Assembly: GCA_938048735.1 (NCBI GenBank)
Contig: CALIUM010000002.1
Location: forward strand, 21,327-85,326
DNA length: 64,000 bases
Direction: 5' to 3'
Source of the DNA: an uncultured archaeon
GTDB lineage: Archaea; Thermoproteota; Bathyarchaeia; TCS64
Shown here: positions 1 to 9,144 of the stretch, one piece after another
Numbering within the stretch: the first letter of the stretch is position 1
Layout of the letters: every line of letters starts with the position of its first letter
Position numbers and translations under genes: made by a program
Notes under the pieces: generated by a model
The model's database searches: none
What the model was told of the DNA's origin: nothing
What the model saw: the letters and a program-made list of their open reading frames with translations, nothing else

Positions 1-138
1 GCTCCCGTTGGACCACCTGGCTCTGTTCAAGACCTAACCCTGCTTGAGAAGAAACAGGACGGCACTGTCGAGGCTAGGGTCATAGAGGAAGTTCTTTATG
101 TTCCATTAAGAGGAAGATATGGATGGTTCGAGACCTAA
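1..138 (+). CDS. pcm: protein-L-isoaspartate O-methyltransferase, C-terminal end (5' part lies outside the window)
   Basis: Frame 1 reads APVGPPGSVQDLTLLEKKQDGTVEARVIEEVLYVPLRGRYGWFET*, which resembles the conserved PIMT C-terminus (VG..Q.L..eKk.dG...V.fVPL.G.yGW). Not in the ORF track because it is short and has no start in the window. Confidence 0.55.
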   Translation, partial: APVGPPGSVQDLTLLEKKQDGTVEARVIEEVLYVPLRGRYGWFET

Positions 139-156
139 CTTCCTCCAATGCTCTCT

Positions 157-483
157 TCAGACCATGGTCCAGAGGATTCCATCATAAGGGAATATTTCAA
201 CCATCCGCTGACCCTCGAACTGCCCAAGCCCTCCCAATCCGTTTCTCTCATGTAAAGGGGGGAGGATCACTAAAGAAGGCTTAGCGCTGGGCAAAGTGAA
301 GGGAGGGCGTGCTCTTCTCAGAACCCTCAGGGCTATAAGTGCAACCATATCTGGCCTCATGCCCTCGATGATAAAATACTCATTGGAACTGTGGGCTAGG
401 CCTCTATGATCTGAGGCACCTTCGGCGATGGAGAGGTTTAGGGGGTGGCGGGAGCTGGGTGTGTAAACGCGGATACTTGATGC
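157..483 (-). pseudogene. possible C-terminal remnant of an M20-like metallopeptidase
   Basis: The frame is open from 483 down to 157 and reads ...SIAEGASDHRGLAHSSNEYFIIEGMRPDMVALIALRVLRRA.... This resembles the C-terminal G..D...aH..nEy..ie motif region of M20 peptidases. There are in-frame stops upstream, no full-length ORF, and a roughly 50-aa unrelated tail. Confidence 0.3.
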
Positions 484-636
484 CTAGATGGCTAAGGTGA
501 GAGGGTAGCTCGACCTTAAGGTTGATGAGGCGTTGAGGATGGCGGAGGTATGAACCCTGCTGAGCCCCCATCAATTCTGAATCATGATGAATAAGTCTCT
601 AATATTGGTCTTCCATCATTTGAGTCTGGTGTTTCA

Positions 637-1641
637 TTGAGGTTTGAGAAGATCAGGTCAGTTATGCTGGGGGAGGAGCTTGATGAGATTCCCGTGAGCC
701 TGTGGAGGCACTTCCCAGGCATGGATCTCGATGCCTCAAGCCTATGCAGGGCTCAGTTATCCTTCCAACGCAGGTTCGATCCGGACCTGATAAAGCTCTG
801 CCCGAGTGGCGGATATGCCTCCGTCGCCTTCGGGGCAGAGATAGAGTACTATGACTCTCCTATAGGGGCTCCTAGGACAAGGGTTTATAGGGTTAAGGAT
901 GCCGAGGACTGGGCCTCTCTAGAGGAGCCCGATGTCCATGGCGGAGTATTAGGTGAGATGATCAGGGCGGTTGAGTGCCTTAACGAGGCATTGGAGGGGG
1001 AGGTTCCCCTAATCCAGACAGTCTTCTCCCCCTTGACCATCTGCCAGAAGATCGGGGGAGGACGTCTGTTGAGGGATATGAGGGAGGAGCCCGAGCTCCT
1101 CCTCGAGGGTTTGAGGGTCATCATGAGCACTATAGTCGAGTTCACCAGAGCGAACATGGATGCGGGGGCCAGTGGAATCTTCTTCGCGACCCAGATGGCC
1201 ACCTACGATGAGATGAGCGAGGAGGAGTACCGCAGCTTCGGGATGAGGTTCGACCTTCCGATCCTCCGGGCGGCTCGGAGGCGCCCCCTTCTTAATGTGG
1301 TTCACATACATGGGAAGAACATCATGTTTGACCTAATAGCTAAGAACTACCCGACAGACGCTCTAAACTGGCATGACAAGAGGACCCCGCCAAGTCTAGC
1401 CGAGGCACATAGAAAGTTTGGAGGCTTACTCCTAGGAGGTATAGATGAGCTGGGGGTTCTCGTCGAGGGCTCAGAGGAGGAGGTTGAGGATATGGTGAAG
1501 GCCTCGGTAAGAAGTGTCTCCGGGAGGCGTCTCTTACTCGCACCTGGATGCGTGATACCTCTTAACGCCCCAGATTCCAACCTCGACACGGTGATCAGAA
1601 CCGCTAGGTCTTATAGGGCTTGGGGGAAATCTTCTCCATAA
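637..1641 (+). CDS. uroporphyrinogen decarboxylase (URO-D) / MtaA-like family protein
   Basis: 334-aa ORF with a TTG start. Overall resemblance to the URO-D/methylcobamide methyltransferase fold (…FFATQMATYDEMSEEEY…LNVVHIHGKN…APGCVIP). Confidence 0.6.
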   Translation: MRFEKIRSVMLGEELDEIPVSLWRHFPGMDLDASSLCRAQLSFQRRFDPDLIKLCPSGGYASVAFGAEIEYYDSPIGAPRTRVYRVKDAEDWASLEEPDVHGGVLGEMIRAVECLNEALEGEVPLIQTVFSPLTICQKIGGGRLLRDMREEPELLLEGLRVIMSTIVEFTRANMDAGASGIFFATQMATYDEMSEEEYRSFGMRFDLPILRAARRRPLLNVVHIHGKNIMFDLIAKNYPTDALNWHDKRTPPSLAEAHRKFGGLLLGGIDELGVLVEGSEEEVEDMVKASVRSVSGRRLLLAPGCVIPLNAPDSNLDTVIRTARSYRAWGKSSP

Positions 1642-1731
1642 TGTTCTCCTCTTATATTCATTCTCTTTATAAAATGAACTTTTGAGCTAGATAAGAAGTT
1701 CAAGCTTTCATCTTTGTTTTTAATTGAATTA

Positions 1732-2634
1732 TTATTTAAATTCTGTTCTCGGAATTTCTCTTCTTGGTGCACCTGGCATAACTGGCACGAATTCCACTCC
1801 AGGTCTTCTAACTCTTGCTCCCATCTTGTAAAGGCTCATCAATTGATATATCTCTTCTGGAACATTTGTCGATACCTTTAATCCCATATTCATTGCATCT
1901 TGGGCTGTTATAGGATGATCATGAGTGTATTTTCCACTAACAAGCTCTTCACATATCTTATTCACAGTCTCTCTTGGGTACCTTCCAAGGAGTATTCTGC
2001 AGACCAGTTCCTCCATCTGAGCGATGGCTTTTCTTGCCTCCTCCGCCAATATTATCGTTCGGTCCTCCACCTCATCGATCTTCTTCCTCTCAAGGACCTT
2101 CAGAAGTGATGCTGCCGGATAAGACTCGTTTCCCTCCACGAATTGGGGGTCTACGGGCCCAAGAACAGCATAGGGATCCATAATTATCTCATCCGCTGCG
2201 AGGGCGATCAGGGTGCCCCCGCTCATGGCGTAATGGGGTATGATGACTGTCTTCCTTCCGGGGTGTGAATTTAGGGCTAGGGCGATCTGGGTCGCCGCGA
2301 GCGCTATCCCACCAGGTGTATGAATTATGAGATCTATGGGGGCATCTTTAGGAGCCATCCTGATGGCTCTTAGAACCTCCTCGCTATCATCGATGTCTAT
2401 GAACCTGCTTATGGGTATTCCAAAGAATGCTATGGTCTCCTGTCTGTGAATCAAGGTTATAACCTGAGATCCTCTCAACCTGGAGATCCTCTTCAGAAGC
2501 CCACGCCTAGCTGAGTTCAACGCCATTAGCTGGAACTGGGGGACTAGGAAGAACAGCACGAACAGAAGAATCCAGAGATTGTTTACTAGACTTATAAAAT
2601 CGATCTGGAAAAAGGTAGGCTCAAACATGTTCAC
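1732..2634 (-). CDS. membrane-anchored ClpP-fold serine protease (SDH/DUF114, SppA-like)
   Basis: 300 aa. N-terminal TM helix followed by …IDLIIHTPGGIALAATQIALAL…IPHYAMSGGTLIALAADEIIMD…, typical of the SDH/periplasmic ClpP-class protease family. Confidence 0.55.
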   Translation of the reverse strand: MNMFEPTFFQIDFISLVNNLWILLFVLFFLVPQFQLMALNSARRGLLKRISRLRGSQVITLIHRQETIAFFGIPISRFIDIDDSEEVLRAIRMAPKDAPIDLIIHTPGGIALAATQIALALNSHPGRKTVIIPHYAMSGGTLIALAADEIIMDPYAVLGPVDPQFVEGNESYPAASLLKVLERKKIDEVEDRTIILAEEARKAIAQMEELVCRILLGRYPRETVNKICEELVSGKYTHDHPITAQDAMNMGLKVSTNVPEEIYQLMSLYKMGARVRRPGVEFVPVMPGAPRREIPRTEFK

Positions 2635-2817
2635 AGCCCCTTAAGGACCTCAAATAACTCAGCTTTAAAAGTTAATATAAATATTTAGTATATTAGAGCG
2701 TATGAGAGACATGGAGGTTTGAATCTCAATTATACCTCAAACTCATAAAAATAAATTAGACTTTAGGCTTATGATATACCATTAATTTAATATATATGGA
2801 TAGGTCTCAGATTCGGG

Positions 2818-3339
2818 ATGTCCCTGATAGAGTTTGATGGGAGGAAGCCCAAGGTCGATCCCTCAGTCTTCCTGGCTCCCGGCTCGTGGATCATAGGTGA
2901 TGTGACCCTTAGGGAGGGGGTCGGGATCTGGACAGGCTCCATAATCAGGGGGGATGATGACAAAGTTATCATAGGATCGAGAACTATGGTCCTAGAGAAC
3001 AGCTTCATTGAGGCCCCTGCTGGATCTCCCGTAGAGGTAGGCGAGGAGAGCATAATATCCCATGGGGCCATAGTCCACGGTTCTCGGATAGGAAACCACG
3101 TTCTAATCGGTATCGGCGCCATAGTCCTCGACAAAGCCGTGGTCGGAGAGGGTTCTATAATAGGCTCTGGGGCGTTGGTTCCGCCGGGAGCGGTGATCCC
3201 GGAGAGGCAGCTGGTCCTAGGGGTTCCCGGAAAGCCTGTGAAAGAGGTAGGGGAGGCTGAGAGGGCTATGGTCTCGGCAGAGTTGGGACGTCTGATCTCT
3301 AAGTCTGAGAAGTATAAGGCGATCTACTCAAGGGGTTGA
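2818..3339 (+). CDS. gamma-carbonic anhydrase-like / hexapeptide-repeat (LbH) protein
   Basis: 173 aa with an ATG start. Left-handed beta-helix repeats (…IGDVTLREGVGIWTGSIIRGD…HGAIVHGSRIGNHVLIGIGAIVLDKAVVGEGSIIG…). Confidence 0.75.
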   Translation: MSLIEFDGRKPKVDPSVFLAPGSWIIGDVTLREGVGIWTGSIIRGDDDKVIIGSRTMVLENSFIEAPAGSPVEVGEESIISHGAIVHGSRIGNHVLIGIGAIVLDKAVVGEGSIIGSGALVPPGAVIPERQLVLGVPGKPVKEVGEAERAMVSAELGRLISKSEKYKAIYSRG

Positions 3340-3403
3340 AGGGCCTGACGATCCTCAACAAAGCCCGCTAGACGGGCTGCAAACCCCTCTTTAATTTTTC
3401 CCT

Positions 3404-4033
3404 TTAGAGGCTGTAGGCTGAGGGGCAAATATCCTTAAGGACGCAGCCCTCGCAGTTTGGGTTCCTAGCCTTGCAGACCCTCCTCCCATGCTCTATTATC
3501 AGGTTGCTGAACTGGAACCACCTATCTCTTGGGACTACCTCCATCAGGTCTCTCTCTATCTTATCCCTGTCCTCCTGAGCCGTCAGCCCCAGTCTTCTGG
3601 AGAGGCGCATGACATGGGTGTCCACGGCGATGCCCTCCACAATTCCATAAGCGTTCCCCAGCACTATGTTGGCCGTCTTCCTTGCAACACCCTTCAGCCT
3701 CATCAGCTCCTCCATGGTTCTTGGAACCTCTCCTCCGAACTCCTCCACAATCCTCCTGCAAGCCTCCTGGATGAAGCCGGCCTTCTGCCTATAGAAGTTG
3801 AGGCTCTTGATTGCCTCCTCAAGCTCCTCCCTGGGCGCGTTGGCGTAATCAGCCGCCGTCTTATATCTCTTGAATAGTTCCTTGGTGACCTCATTCACTT
3901 TCTGGTCAGTAGTCTGGGCTGAGAGGATCGTCGCCACTAGGAGGTCTAGAGGCGTTCTCCAGTGGAGGGCTGTTCCCTTCACCTCGGGATACGCGTCCTC
4001 AAGCCTCCTAATGATCTCCTCAACCACCTCCAT
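3404..4033 (-). CDS. nth: endonuclease III (HhH-GPD DNA glycosylase with a 4Fe-4S cluster loop)
   Basis: 209 aa. HhH-GPD core (…LMRLKGVARKTANIVL…VDTHV…) and a C-terminal Cys cluster CKARNPNCEGCVLKDIC. Confidence 0.9.
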   Translation of the reverse strand: MEVVEEIIRRLEDAYPEVKGTALHWRTPLDLLVATILSAQTTDQKVNEVTKELFKRYKTAADYANAPREELEEAIKSLNFYRQKAGFIQEACRRIVEEFGGEVPRTMEELMRLKGVARKTANIVLGNAYGIVEGIAVDTHVMRLSRRLGLTAQEDRDKIERDLMEVVPRDRWFQFSNLIIEHGRRVCKARNPNCEGCVLKDICPSAYSL

Positions 4034-4199
4034 ATACTCCCCAATCTATTATATCTACGAGTTATCCCTTAAGCTTTGGCGAATAGAGCCCTCGAAAGGT
4101 TGGAGCCTGGTCTCAATTTGCAGATATTGTCAGAGCTATTCCCCGATACCACCCAGCCCAAGAAGTTAAAGGTTTTAATGAATTCCATTTTAAGTTTTA

Positions 4200-4865
4200 T
4201 TGCTGTTTTTAGATTGGAATAGGGGATCCAGAGCCTTGTCGGGTGGACAGAAAAGAGATGAGAGGGCGGGGAGGCTTCCCCCTGGACAGAGGGCGATTAA
4301 GTCCATACTGAAATGGGGAATCGAACATCCAGGCATAGTCCAAAACCTCCCCAAGATAGATAAAGATGACTGGACCCTCAGGGTTGAGGGAGAGGTTGAG
4401 AACCCATTCACCCTTGATTGGAAATCCCTCCTCAGCATGCCTCAGGTGACCTCCAAAAGCGACTTCCACTGTGTTGAGGGGTGGAGCGTCCTAGACTGCG
4501 TATGGGAGGGCGTGCCCTTCAAGGAGGTCGCTTCGAGGGCGAGGCCCAAACCCTCCGCAAGATATGTCTGGTTCGAATGCCTTGACGGATACACTACCTC
4601 CCTACCCATCCAGGATGTCCTGGAGGATGGTGTGGTACTCGCCCATAGGCTTAACGGGGAGGACCTCCCCCAGCCCCTTGGAGGGCCTGTTAGACTGGTG
4701 GTTCCCAAGAAGTATGGATACAAGAGCCCCATGTGGCTCTCTAGGGTGGTCTTCATGAAGGAGAGGCGCCTGGGGTATTGGGAGTCTGGAATATACAGCG
4801 ACACGGCGGACCCATGGAAGAACGATAGATATCGCAGCTCCATCGCCTCAACAAGTTTGGATTAG
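4200..4865 (+). CDS. sulfite-oxidase-like molybdopterin-binding oxidoreductase (YedY/MsrP-like catalytic domain)
   Basis: 221-aa ORF with …LPPGQ…DFHCVEGWSVLDCVWEGVPFKEV…GGPVRLVVPKKYGYKSPMWL…GYWE. The start is uncertain (TTG at 4200 or an internal TTG). Confidence 0.7.
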   Translation: MLFLDWNRGSRALSGGQKRDERAGRLPPGQRAIKSILKWGIEHPGIVQNLPKIDKDDWTLRVEGEVENPFTLDWKSLLSMPQVTSKSDFHCVEGWSVLDCVWEGVPFKEVASRARPKPSARYVWFECLDGYTTSLPIQDVLEDGVVLAHRLNGEDLPQPLGGPVRLVVPKKYGYKSPMWLSRVVFMKERRLGYWESGIYSDTADPWKNDRYRSSIASTSLD

Positions 4866-4898
4866 ATAAATCCTGATTCTCGACTCGAAGCCCCGACC

Positions 4899-5689
4899 TT
4901 AGAGGGAGTGGGATATGAAGTCTATCCTGCCGCCGTCAACCGTTATGGTCTGACCCGTGATGAATCTGGCCTCTTCTGAAGCCAAGAATAGGGCTACACA
5001 AGCTATATCCTCGGGCTCTCCAACCCTCCTTAGCATGGTCCTCTCCCTGAAGTACCTGAGTCTCTCCTCCAACTCAGAGGGATTCCACTGGCCGAGGCCC
5101 ATCTCCGTGGATATGAACCCTGGTGCGATGGCGTTAACATTTATGCCATAGGGCCCAAGTTCAAGGGCCAGGCGCTTTGTGAGGATGATGACCGCGGCCT
5201 TTGTCGCGGCATATAGCATGTTTCCTGGCAGGATGGCCGTGCCGATCCCTGCAACCGAGGATATGTTGATGATCTTGCCATACCTCTTCTCCATCATGTG
5301 AGGCGCCGCAGCCCTTGAGCAGTTCAGGATGCCTTCACATTAACCCTCCACATGGGATCGAACTCCTCATCTCTGAACTCCAGTAGGGTTCCACCACCCA
5401 TCAGGACCCCCGCGTTATTGACCAGGATGTCCAAGCCCTTAAACTCCCTCAAGGCCTCCTCCACTATCTTCTCAACCATCCCTCGATCTCCCACATCTGC
5501 CTGAATGCATATTGCCTCTCCTCCGACATCCCTTATCAGCCTGACAACCTCCTCCGCCCTCCCCCTCTCCCGGTTATAGTTGACTATCACCTTCGCCCCC
5601 TCCCTAGCGAAGGCGAGGGCGATAGCCCTTCCTATGCCTCTAGACGCCCCTGTAACGAGGGCGACCCTACCCTCAAGCCTACTACCCAA
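4899..5689 (-). pseudogene. short-chain dehydrogenase/reductase (FabG-like) split by a single-base frameshift
   Basis: The N-terminal half (…LEGRVALVTGASRGIGRAIA…NNAGV…WRVNVKAS*) and the C-terminal half (…APHMMEKRYGKIINISSVAG…YAATKAAV…) lie in adjacent frames. The join at about 5331-5334 reads VNVK|GILNCSRAAAPHMM if one G is restored. The family-consistent TTG start is at 5689; the tracked ORF extends to 5878. Confidence 0.8.
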
Positions 5690-5939
5690 GCCTAAAGCCT
5701 CTATTGAGGATAGAGGATTCTCTGATATTAGGTTGTCCTTACCTTCACGTCTATTGTGATTGACCACCGAAGCCATGTGGCCCCTCGAATTCATTAAACT
5801 GGGCGTGTCGGGTAAGGCCCCATAAATAACATATTGCCTGGTTAGGGTAGCGTTTAGATCTTTGCTTTCACAATACAATGAGGAGGATCAAGCTCCTCAA
5901 CTAAAAACCTCAGCGATGAGGTATGGAATCCTCTTGAGA

Positions 5940-6320
5940 TTAATTTGATCTAGATAGGCCTTCCTTGACACATTGGAGGAACCCTTTAAGCCTGGAGTCT
6001 ATTGTCATGGAGATCATGGGGCCCATTATAGCTCCTAAAGGGCCGGAGAGTTCGAAGGTTAATTTGGCTCCAAGCCATGTTGAGGCATCGGTCTGCTTAA
6101 GTTTATACTCCCCTATTATGGAGAGGGCTCCGCCCTTAGCCTCCCAGGAGGCGTGGCTCTCACCCAATTCGGTGAACCTGGCCTTAACCTCCCTACTCTT
6201 TGTTATCCTGGCCTGTTGGCTCTTCAAGATCCAGCGGGCTTCTCCATCCTCCTCGACCACTTCCTCAACAATCCCGAGGCATCTCCCAAGATTTCCGAGG
6301 TTCCTTAGAAACTCCCTCAC
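5940..6320 (-). CDS. SRPBCC-superfamily (CoxG-like) protein
   Basis: 126-aa ORF from a GTG. The C-terminal …STWLGAKLTFELSGPLGAIMGPMISMTIDSRLKGFLQCVK resembles CoxG/SRPBCC. Similarity appears to continue upstream of the first canonical start (see findings). Confidence 0.45.
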   Translation of the reverse strand: MREFLRNLGNLGRCLGIVEEVVEEDGEARWILKSQQARITKSREVKARFTELGESHASWEAKGGALSIIGEYKLKQTDASTWLGAKLTFELSGPLGAIMGPMISMTIDSRLKGFLQCVKEGLSRSN

Positions 6321-6368
6321 CCTTTCAATGGGATGATCTAAGATGACCTCGGCCTCTGCTGTTGGTAT

Positions 6369-6683
6369 CTAACCTCCCTCCCTCTCTAGGATCCTGTTGA
6401 TAACATCGGCCTGTAGATGGTCTCTCACCTCGACCTTAACTCTCTCCACTCCGGCCACCTCTCTAGCCCTCTTCCTGATCTCTCTCCCGATGTAAAGGGC
6501 GAAGGGTATGGGGCAGAAGGGCACTGTGAGGTGGTAAACTATCCTGGCTGAGCCCTCCTCCACCCTGACCTCGTCCACTAATCCCCTCTCGATGATGGAG
6601 ACGCCGAACTCAGGGTCCTTTACCTCTATGAGCTTCGAGTAGACCTCCCTCTCTATGGGAGACAAGGTTGATAGATCTATCAA
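6369..6683 (-). CDS. DUF59/MIP18-family Fe-S cluster assembly protein
   Basis: 104 aa. …VYSKLIEVKDPEFGVSIIERGLVDEVRVEEG…TVPFCP… is typical of the DUF59 (SufT/PaaD-like) domain. Confidence 0.75.
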   Translation of the reverse strand: MIDLSTLSPIEREVYSKLIEVKDPEFGVSIIERGLVDEVRVEEGSARIVYHLTVPFCPIPFALYIGREIRKRAREVAGVERVKVEVRDHLQADVINRILEREGG

Positions 6684-6688
6684 CTCCC

Positions 6689-7804
6689 TTACCCCACGGT
6701 GATGAGGTCCTCTTCATACTCAACAAGGGGCTCTGAGCCCCTCTCTGTAATCATATAGACATCCTCCACCCTTGCTCCACCCATGCCTGGGATCGAGAGG
6801 ATGGAGTGGCCTATGGAGAGGGTTATATCGCTCCTCAGCTCAACCACGTAGTCCTCCGGGAATATCGTGGGGAAGGGTCTCTCCTCAAAGGCCAGACCTA
6901 TGCCGTGAGCGATCCCCCTCACGTAGAACTCCCTGTAGCCTGCCTCGTCTATCACCTTTGAGGCTGCCTCGTCCAAGGCCATCATCATGGCTCCGGGCCT
7001 GGCCGCCTCTACCGCAGCCTGTCTCGCCCTCAGATAGAGTTCCACGAGGGCCTTCTGCCTCTCGGTCGGGTCTCCGATGCTGAAGATGCGGGTCATATCC
7101 CCGTTATAACCCATGTACTTGGGGCCCACATCCACCAAGACCAGTTCACCCTTCGATATCTCCTTGTCTGAGGCCCATCCATGAAGGCAGTTGGCTCTGT
7201 ACCCTGAGTTGATGAAGGTGGGGAAGCCGAACCTCATGGCACCCTTCCTCCTCATAGCGTATTCCACTTCTGCCGCGACCTCCCACTCCCTAACGCCCTG
7301 CCTTAAGGCCCTCCTGGCAGCCTCCATCCCCTCCCTCGCTATCTCTTGGGCCTTCCTTATCAGCTGCACCTCCTCAACCATTTTGACCATCCTCAGGTTC
7401 ATAAGAATCTCCCTCACATCCACAACATTAACAGTAGGGTTGGCTGTCTTGAACCTCTCGAGGAGGAATGCGGGGAGGGCGAACTCGTAGTCGAACCCCA
7501 CTGTCTTGACATCGTGCTCCTTTATGAAGCCTATGACATGCATCATCATATCGTGGAGGCTATTATAACCCCGAACATCCCTTATCCAAGTGTTCCCTTG
7601 AGCTTCTTCCACCTCACCTCTGAAGACCAAGATCATCGGCTCACCGTCCCTGGGGATGTAAAGCCTAGGCTGCCTCCTAAACTCTCCCGATAGGTATTGA
7701 TAGTTCTCATCATCGAGGATGGCTATGAGGTCTACTCCCCAGTCCTCCATGAAACCCTTTAGGCGTGTTAACCGGTCTCGATAAACCGACTCCCCGAAGA
7801 TCAT
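6689..7804 (-). CDS. M24-family Xaa-Pro aminopeptidase/dipeptidase
   Basis: 371 aa. Creatinase-like N-terminal domain plus a pita-bread fold with metal-ligand motifs (…VDVGPKYMGYNGDMTR…HGIGLAFEE…VEDVY…). Confidence 0.85.
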   Translation of the reverse strand: MIFGESVYRDRLTRLKGFMEDWGVDLIAILDDENYQYLSGEFRRQPRLYIPRDGEPMILVFRGEVEEAQGNTWIRDVRGYNSLHDMMMHVIGFIKEHDVKTVGFDYEFALPAFLLERFKTANPTVNVVDVREILMNLRMVKMVEEVQLIRKAQEIAREGMEAARRALRQGVREWEVAAEVEYAMRRKGAMRFGFPTFINSGYRANCLHGWASDKEISKGELVLVDVGPKYMGYNGDMTRIFSIGDPTERQKALVELYLRARQAAVEAARPGAMMMALDEAASKVIDEAGYREFYVRGIAHGIGLAFEERPFPTIFPEDYVVELRSDITLSIGHSILSIPGMGGARVEDVYMITERGSEPLVEYEEDLITVG

Positions 7805-8019
7805 AAAATAAACCTAACGATTATCTACAAAGGCTCGCTTATTACGATTTCGGGTGATAAAACCAAGAAGCCCAGTTTTATGGTGGGCGACGGAATAAAA
7901 TAGGCTGATTTTCTTTCGTATCATAGATACCTAAAACACATACTCAAGAGAAATACATCCTCAAAATATAAGATTCGAAAATGTACATATTTTTATGAAA
8001 CTCAATTTATGGTGAAAAA

Positions 8020-8202
8020 TCAGTTTTGTGAGACATTAAATCTAGGGATATAAACCGCTTTTCTGGTTATCTCAAGAGAACAGGAAAAATGTCTTGAACA
8101 GTAGTTTTCGCATTTTCTAGCGGTCTCCTCATCGAGATATCCAAACTCACAAAATTCACATATGAATATTTTCTTTCCATCTATATCCAACTTCTTGACC
8201 AT
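8020..8202 (-). CDS. small Cys-rich (C-x2-C…C-x3-C) zinc-finger-like protein
   Basis: 60-aa ORF MVKKLDIDGKKIFICEFCEFGYLDEETARKCENYCSRHFSCSLEIT…. It is the only ORF of at least 60 aa inside a roughly 960-bp AT-rich stretch. Confidence 0.4.
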   Translation of the reverse strand: MVKKLDIDGKKIFICEFCEFGYLDEETARKCENYCSRHFSCSLEITRKAVYIPRFNVSQN

Positions 8203-8766
8203 TTTTCAATCATCCAAAGTTCAAGGATCTTATAAACCTATCTAGCGGCCCTTCTAGGATATCTACCCCCAGGGCGCCACTTCTTCAACTCGTCTAGGCT
8301 TTAAGGATAGAATGAAAATCAAAACATTGGATTGAGAATGTATATATTGAATAAGTTCAACATGATAGAATTAAAAGAATTAATTTTTTGAAGTTGAAAT
8401 ATTTAAATCATAATCTTATATTAATTATTTCTTACAGTTGATCATCAACCATATAACTAATTCACCATTTCATGCTATCTTTTAGAAACCTATCATACTC
8501 GCTAGATCTAATGAGTTTTTAGCAAGCTTATCAACTGATTTCAATAAATAAAAAACAGTTAGGTATTGTAAGGAAAATAGCGTTGTTATTTTTTGAACAG
8601 GAATCCGTTGTGTATTAAACAAGATAAATACTTAATAAAGGGCCGCTAAAGGGTTCACTAAATTGTTATGAGGTTGAAGCAAAGGAAACCCATTGCGTCG
8701 CAGTAGTCAAAAACAGATCTATTACAGATCTTTACATTAACCATGGATTAAGCTACATATGGCATT

Positions 8767-9141
8767 TCATTTTAATAATTTAAGTTTTCCCGTTACTAGG
8801 TCCACCTTTTCACTTCTGTCCGGTCCAACACCTAGGGCTGTTGTGGTTCCCGGAGGGACCTCGGTTAGCCCTCTATCGACTATTAACATATTTGGGATAC
8901 CAAGTTCCTCGGCCCTCCTGGCCAATTCTTCTAGTTCTTCAAGGGAGTCGACCTTTAATATGACCTTCTTCGAGCCCTCCTCCATCCATGCTTTCCATAT
9001 TCTCCTCTTCTTCCTCCTCGCCTGCTCTGAGGCTTCTAGGGAGGCGTGGCATGCCTGGCTCACCAGCTTACCTATGCTCATCCCCAGATCCATGCGGAGG
9101 ACGATGCACTGCTTGTACTCGAAGGGGCCGTCATCCTGCAA
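8767..9141 (-). CDS. pth2: archaeal peptidyl-tRNA hydrolase Pth2
   Basis: 124 aa. …YKQCIVLRMDLGMSIGKLVSQACHASL…VDRGLTEVPPGTTTALGVGP… is typical of Pth2. Confidence 0.9.
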   Translation of the reverse strand: MQDDGPFEYKQCIVLRMDLGMSIGKLVSQACHASLEASEQARRKKRRIWKAWMEEGSKKVILKVDSLEELEELARRAEELGIPNMLIVDRGLTEVPPGTTTALGVGPDRSEKVDLVTGKLKLLK

Positions 9142-9144
9142 GGT

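Noticed and set aside
885-1589. Tracked antisense or alternate-frame ORFs inside the URO-D-like gene (885-1202, 1009-1311, 1340-1543, 1347-1589). Similar nested ORFs occur throughout the window.
   Set aside because: They lie wholly inside longer ORFs with clear family resemblance. They have Pro/Ser/Arg-rich, low-complexity translations typical of off-frame reading of GC-rich coding DNA, and no recognisable motifs.
7805-8766. Chromosomal replication origin
   Set aside because: The region is AT-rich, but I found no ORB or mini-ORB-like (…TCCAGTGGAAA…) repeats, and no orc1/cdc6 gene lies nearby.
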